Shown here piece after piece: positions 60,919 through 64,000 of a stretch of DNA of 64,000 nucleotides. Every line of letters begins with the position of its first letter. Position 1 is the stretch's first letter. Source of the stretch: an uncultured virus (IMG/VR IMGVR_UViG_3300021197_001703) (Duplodnaviria > Heunggongvirae > Uroviricota > Caudoviricetes). Location of the stretch: the IMG/VR virus record IMGVR_UViG_3300021197_001703. One strand, written 5' to 3'. The translations under genes and the position numbers were made by a program. The notes beneath the pieces are model-generated. The model searched no databases. It saw nothing but the letters and a program-made list of their open reading frames with translations, and was not told where the DNA came from.

Positions 60919-61607
60919 TTTTTACTCCATACTTCTTTGAATTTCTTGTAAGCACCCTTAAACTTACTTTGAAATATTAAATTACTCACAAAACTTGCAC
61001 GATACTTCTCTTGATCTTCATCTTGCACCGTAGTTTCAAGGTTTGCAATCTTTATTGGTACGTACATTGCTAATGGTGTACCTTTTTCCAGTAAAAATTC
61101 ACCTTCTTTCTTGATTAACAGTTGCTGGTTAATCTGATGACTCCATTCAGTGTGTGTTACCCCAGGCATACATGTAAAATTTTCATTAAAATCATAAAAC
61201 ATTGGTAATTGCATCATTGCCCACCCAGGACTGGTACGCACACGCCAAGGACAATCAGTTTTTGCAACACATACAAAGTCATCTTTGGCATTTTGTGGTG
61301 CATGTTCTAAAAACTGCTTGTCAGTGTGCAGGCTCATAGTAAAGTTTTCATTACTCGAGTGCCATGCAAAGTTTTTATTGTCTGCCTTGATGTGAAAGTC
61401 GCACCACATAGGTACAACATACGCATTTTTGTATAAATCTATAAATCCAGGACAGTTCTTGATAGTGCCTTTGTCTGCAAAGTCCTCAGTCAAGTACTTA
61501 GGTGCATGTTTGAACCATTCAGGCATGAACTTTGTTGCATCTTTGATTGGTTCGACTTTAGTAAGTCCAGGAACAACGCTCCACCATTCAACTTTACAAT
61601 CAGTTTG
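60915..61607 (-). CDS. Conserved-looking hypothetical protein (5' end lies in the assembly gap)
   Basis: The frame stays open upstream of Met 61526 to the gap edge (QTDCKVEWWSVVPG...); TIKNCPG and KGTPLAMYVP motifs. Confidence 0.7.
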   Translation of the reverse strand, partial: QTDCKVEWWSVVPGLTKVEPIKDATKFMPEWFKHAPKYLTEDFADKGTIKNCPGFIDLYKNAYVVPMWCDFHIKADNKNFAWHSSNENFTMSLHTDKQFLEHAPQNAKDDFVCVAKTDCPWRVRTSPGWAMMQLPMFYDFNENFTCMPGVTHTEWSHQINQQLLIKKEGEFLLEKGTPLAMYVPIKIANLETTVQDEDQEKYRASFVSNLIFQSKFKGAYKKFKEVWSKK

Positions 61608-61707
61608 NNNNNNNNNNNNNNNNNNNNNNNNNNNNNNNNNNNNNNNNNNNNNNNNNNNNNNNNNNNNNNNNNNNNNNNNNNNNNNNNNNNNNNNNNNNNN
61701 NNNNNNN
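61608..61707. other. Assembly gap (100 N; true length unknown)
   Basis: Run of N. Confidence 0.99.
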
Positions 61708-62008
61708 TAAAGTGTGTTTGTTCTCCATATACGCTTGCCGAACTTGCATATTGTAAAGAAGTACCCATCATGTCACAAATTTCAATTAACTTCATTGTGT
61801 ATTCAAAGTTGTGTTGCATAATCTTTTCAACATCACGTTCAGTTGTACTTGAAATTGCACCTAAGTGTATAATTCTATCATACCGTTGAACATCTGGGTA
61901 CTTGTGTAGTTCCCACGGGAAGCCTTCTACATCATGTCCTTTTGCTTTTAGATATGATGCTACATTTGAACCAATAAATCCTTGGTAACCTGTAATTAAA
62001 ATTTTCAT
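61708..62008 (-). CDS. hldD: NAD-dependent epimerase, ADP-L-glycero-D-manno-heptose 6-epimerase-like (3' part in the gap)
   Basis: ITGYQGFIGS, HLGAISSTTE and YASSASVYG motifs; overlaps the hldE stop. Confidence 0.82.
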
Positions 62009-63255
62009 ATCTTCATCTTCTCTATAATGCTTGTTGTTGATTGATCTTTTACTGTTGGAAAAATGTCAACTTCTGCAAGTTCATGACCTACAACAGTGTC
62101 AACAGTATAATCACCACCTTTAACTATTAAGTCTGGTTGAAATCTTTCAATGGAATTAATAGGAGTATCTTCATCAAAGATAACAACTTCGTCAATCCAT
62201 GGTAAAAGTTCAAGATTCATTTTACGCTGTAGTTGGTTGTTAATAGGCCTGTCTTCACCTTTGAGTCTTTTTGTACTTGCATCACTATTAATACCTACAA
62301 CAAGTTTTCTACCCTTGGATTTCGCATGTCTTAATAGTCTAAAATGTCCTTCATGCAGTATATCAAATACACCATTAGTCCATACTATTTGTCTTTTTAA
62401 GTCTTCAGGTTGTATTGCATACACACCTCTATGTTCTACTGATCTTGCACCAGCATAACAGGCTAACTTACATGCGGCAAACACATCCATGCCTCTCTCG
62501 ATACCATAAGCAATAACAGCAAGTACAGTATCACCGGCACCAGTTACATCTGCAACTTCTCTTACAGGTTCTTGATAGTGTTGGTAATATAATTCGTTAC
62601 TTAGAACATGTACTCCATTTGCACCATCAGTTACTATAAGGTATTTCCATCCATACTCTTTTAATTTTATAAGTGCAGTTTCTTTTTTAAACTTTCCAAA
62701 CCATGCTTTGTATTCTTTCATGTTTGGCTTTACAAGAAATGCTCCTTTGTACACCTCTGGTCCTTGTTTAGGATCAACTAAAACTTTACAGTCTTTGTTT
62801 ACTAATTGTTCTACTAAATTAACACCAATAGTACCTTTGTTATAATCACTTAAACATACAATATCTTCTTTGTTAACACTCTCAAGGAATCTTGTTTGTG
62901 CTTGACCTTTGTATTTTTTCTCTTTATCCCAACGCATGATGTGTTGTCCACGTTGACCTACTAATCTTGTTTTAGTAGTTGTAACTTCTGCATCTGACTG
63001 TATGCTACAATCTATATTATTTGTTTTTTCAAGTATTCTTAAAACGTCAAACCCTTCATCGTCCATACCTACTGCACCGTACAAAGAAACATTGTCAATA
63101 ATGTTACTAAGATTAAGTGCAAGATTAGCCGCACCGCCTATGCTGTTTTTCTTTTCAATTTCTTTTAATACTGGTACAGGTGCTTCAGGACTAATTCTAC
63201 TGGCTTTACCAATAATCCAACTGTCCAGCATTATGTCGCCGTAAACTTTTACCAT
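62005..63255 (-). CDS. hldE: Bifunctional heptose-7-phosphate kinase / heptose-1-phosphate nucleotidyltransferase
   Basis: GDIMLD, RISPEAPVPV, GGAAN and DVTGAGDT (PfkB domain); NGVFDILHEGH, KGGDY and STT (nucleotidyltransferase domain). Confidence 0.93.
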   Translation of the reverse strand: MVKVYGDIMLDSWIIGKASRISPEAPVPVLKEIEKKNSIGGAANLALNLSNIIDNVSLYGAVGMDDEGFDVLRILEKTNNIDCSIQSDAEVTTTKTRLVGQRGQHIMRWDKEKKYKGQAQTRFLESVNKEDIVCLSDYNKGTIGVNLVEQLVNKDCKVLVDPKQGPEVYKGAFLVKPNMKEYKAWFGKFKKETALIKLKEYGWKYLIVTDGANGVHVLSNELYYQHYQEPVREVADVTGAGDTVLAVIAYGIERGMDVFAACKLACYAGARSVEHRGVYAIQPEDLKRQIVWTNGVFDILHEGHFRLLRHAKSKGRKLVVGINSDASTKRLKGEDRPINNQLQRKMNLELLPWIDEVVIFDEDTPINSIERFQPDLIVKGGDYTVDTVVGHELAEVDIFPTVKDQSTTSIIEKMKI

Positions 63256-63256
63256 G

Positions 63257-63697
63257 TTAACTCTCTAATATATCGATCAATTCAAACACTGTTTGTAACT
63301 TTGTGATATTAGTTTTGTTTTGTAGTGTGTTCCTTAACCCTTGATGTAAAGGTTTTGGATATTTGCTAAAACTTGCCCATGCATAGCCATCATGTTCACT
63401 GTTCAATGTTGGTAAGAATTCGTCCTTAACAACTATAAGATATGTATGGAAGTTGAACTTTTCGTCAGTACTGACAAAGGTTTCTAAAGGGATAGTTTTA
63501 ACAGAGTTTGGTGTATTACCAATTTCTTCTTGAATTTCTCGATGTAACGCATCAATAGGTGATTCGTCAACAGCACCTCGGCCGCCTACAAGTCCCCAAA
63601 CATTGTTTTGTTTGCTTTGAGTTCTATGTAAAAATAGAAAACGTTTTGTTGATAATGCATAAAATAATGCACCACTGCAATTGATTTTGTCGCTCAT
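63257..63697 (-). CDS. Nudix hydrolase
   Basis: Nudix box GRGAVDESPIDALHREIQEEIG. Confidence 0.9.
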   Translation of the reverse strand: MSDKINCSGALFYALSTKRFLFLHRTQSKQNNVWGLVGGRGAVDESPIDALHREIQEEIGNTPNSVKTIPLETFVSTDEKFNFHTYLIVVKDEFLPTLNSEHDGYAWASFSKYPKPLHQGLRNTLQNKTNITKLQTVFELIDILES

Positions 63698-63706
63698 ACA
63701 AGTAAT

Positions 63707-63712
63707 TATTTA
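63707..63712 (-). promoter_or_regulatory. Late promoter (TAAATA) upstream of the Nudix-hldE-hldD operon
   Basis: TATTTA on + at 63707-63712, overlapping the upstream stop, about 10 nt from the Nudix ATG. Confidence 0.5.
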
Positions 63713-64000
63713 AAATTGTATGCGCCACGCTCCATTCCGGTATTCGCCTTCAATGGATTTGACCCATTCTGAGCCAGTCCATTTGTATTGGATACCTGTA
63801 TTTAGATTGGTTGTAAATTTGATATCTGATTGTGTACTTGAATCAAATAGTATTGTCCATGCTGTACCAGTCCATTCAATAATGTCATTTTCATCTGCTA
63901 CAAAGTCTGTGCCATCATTGTTTTTCCAAGCATCAGCGCCATCAGTGTTTGTTGCACTACCAATAGGACCTAATAATAATACCCTAATCCCATTAACTGA
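63710..64000 (-). CDS. C-terminal 96 aa of a probable structural protein (truncated by the window edge)
   Basis: Open frame SVNGIRVLLL...AWKNNDGTDFVADENDIIEWTG...EGEYRNGAWRIQF*; not in the ORF track because it has no start. Confidence 0.7.
   Translation of the reverse strand, partial: SVNGIRVLLLGPIGSATNTDGADAWKNNDGTDFVADENDIIEWTGTAWTILFDSSTQSDIKFTTNLNTGIQYKWTGSEWVKSIEGEYRNGAWRIQF

Noticed and set aside
61490..61707. HldD C-terminus as translated through the N run
   Set aside because: Artefact of the gap; the sequence beyond it belongs to a different gene in another frame
1..64000. tRNA genes or stop-codon reassignment
   Set aside because: No cloverleaf with a T-loop and CCA was seen in the few intergenic gaps. 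TAA, TAG and TGA all terminate genes, and core genes are intact under the standard code.

Overview
An AT-rich 64-kb segment of a large T4-like (myovirus) phage genome, probably from an uncultured aquatic lineage. In order it holds: the late sigma factor (gp55, 5'-truncated), the gp47/gp46 nuclease, a short GIY-YIG nuclease followed by ~450 nt of highly structured non-coding DNA, two probable internal head proteins, a reverse-strand gp26-like gene with a predicted -1 frameshift extension divergent from the tape-measure gene, and the head module (portal, a Maf-like glycosyltransferase, core, protease, scaffold, major capsid). Next come a stand-alone ~240-nt structured RNA unit with its own promoter and terminator, and ~40 kb of paralogous tail/fibre genes. 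These include three Cys/Gly-rich tip-like proteins with two chaperones and an embedded enzyme cassette (nitrilase, GT9-like, SGNH-like, carbamoyltransferase). The window ends with a reverse-strand late operon carrying Nudix, HldE, HldD and a cupin, interrupted by a 100-N assembly gap. TAAATA late-promoter motifs precede most structural units. The best leads are the two candidate ncRNAs (one next to a minimal GIY-YIG nuclease), a probable virion glycosylation system using ADP-heptose, the Cys-rich tip proteins and the frameshift. All assignments come from motif recognition by eye; no database search or folding program was run.
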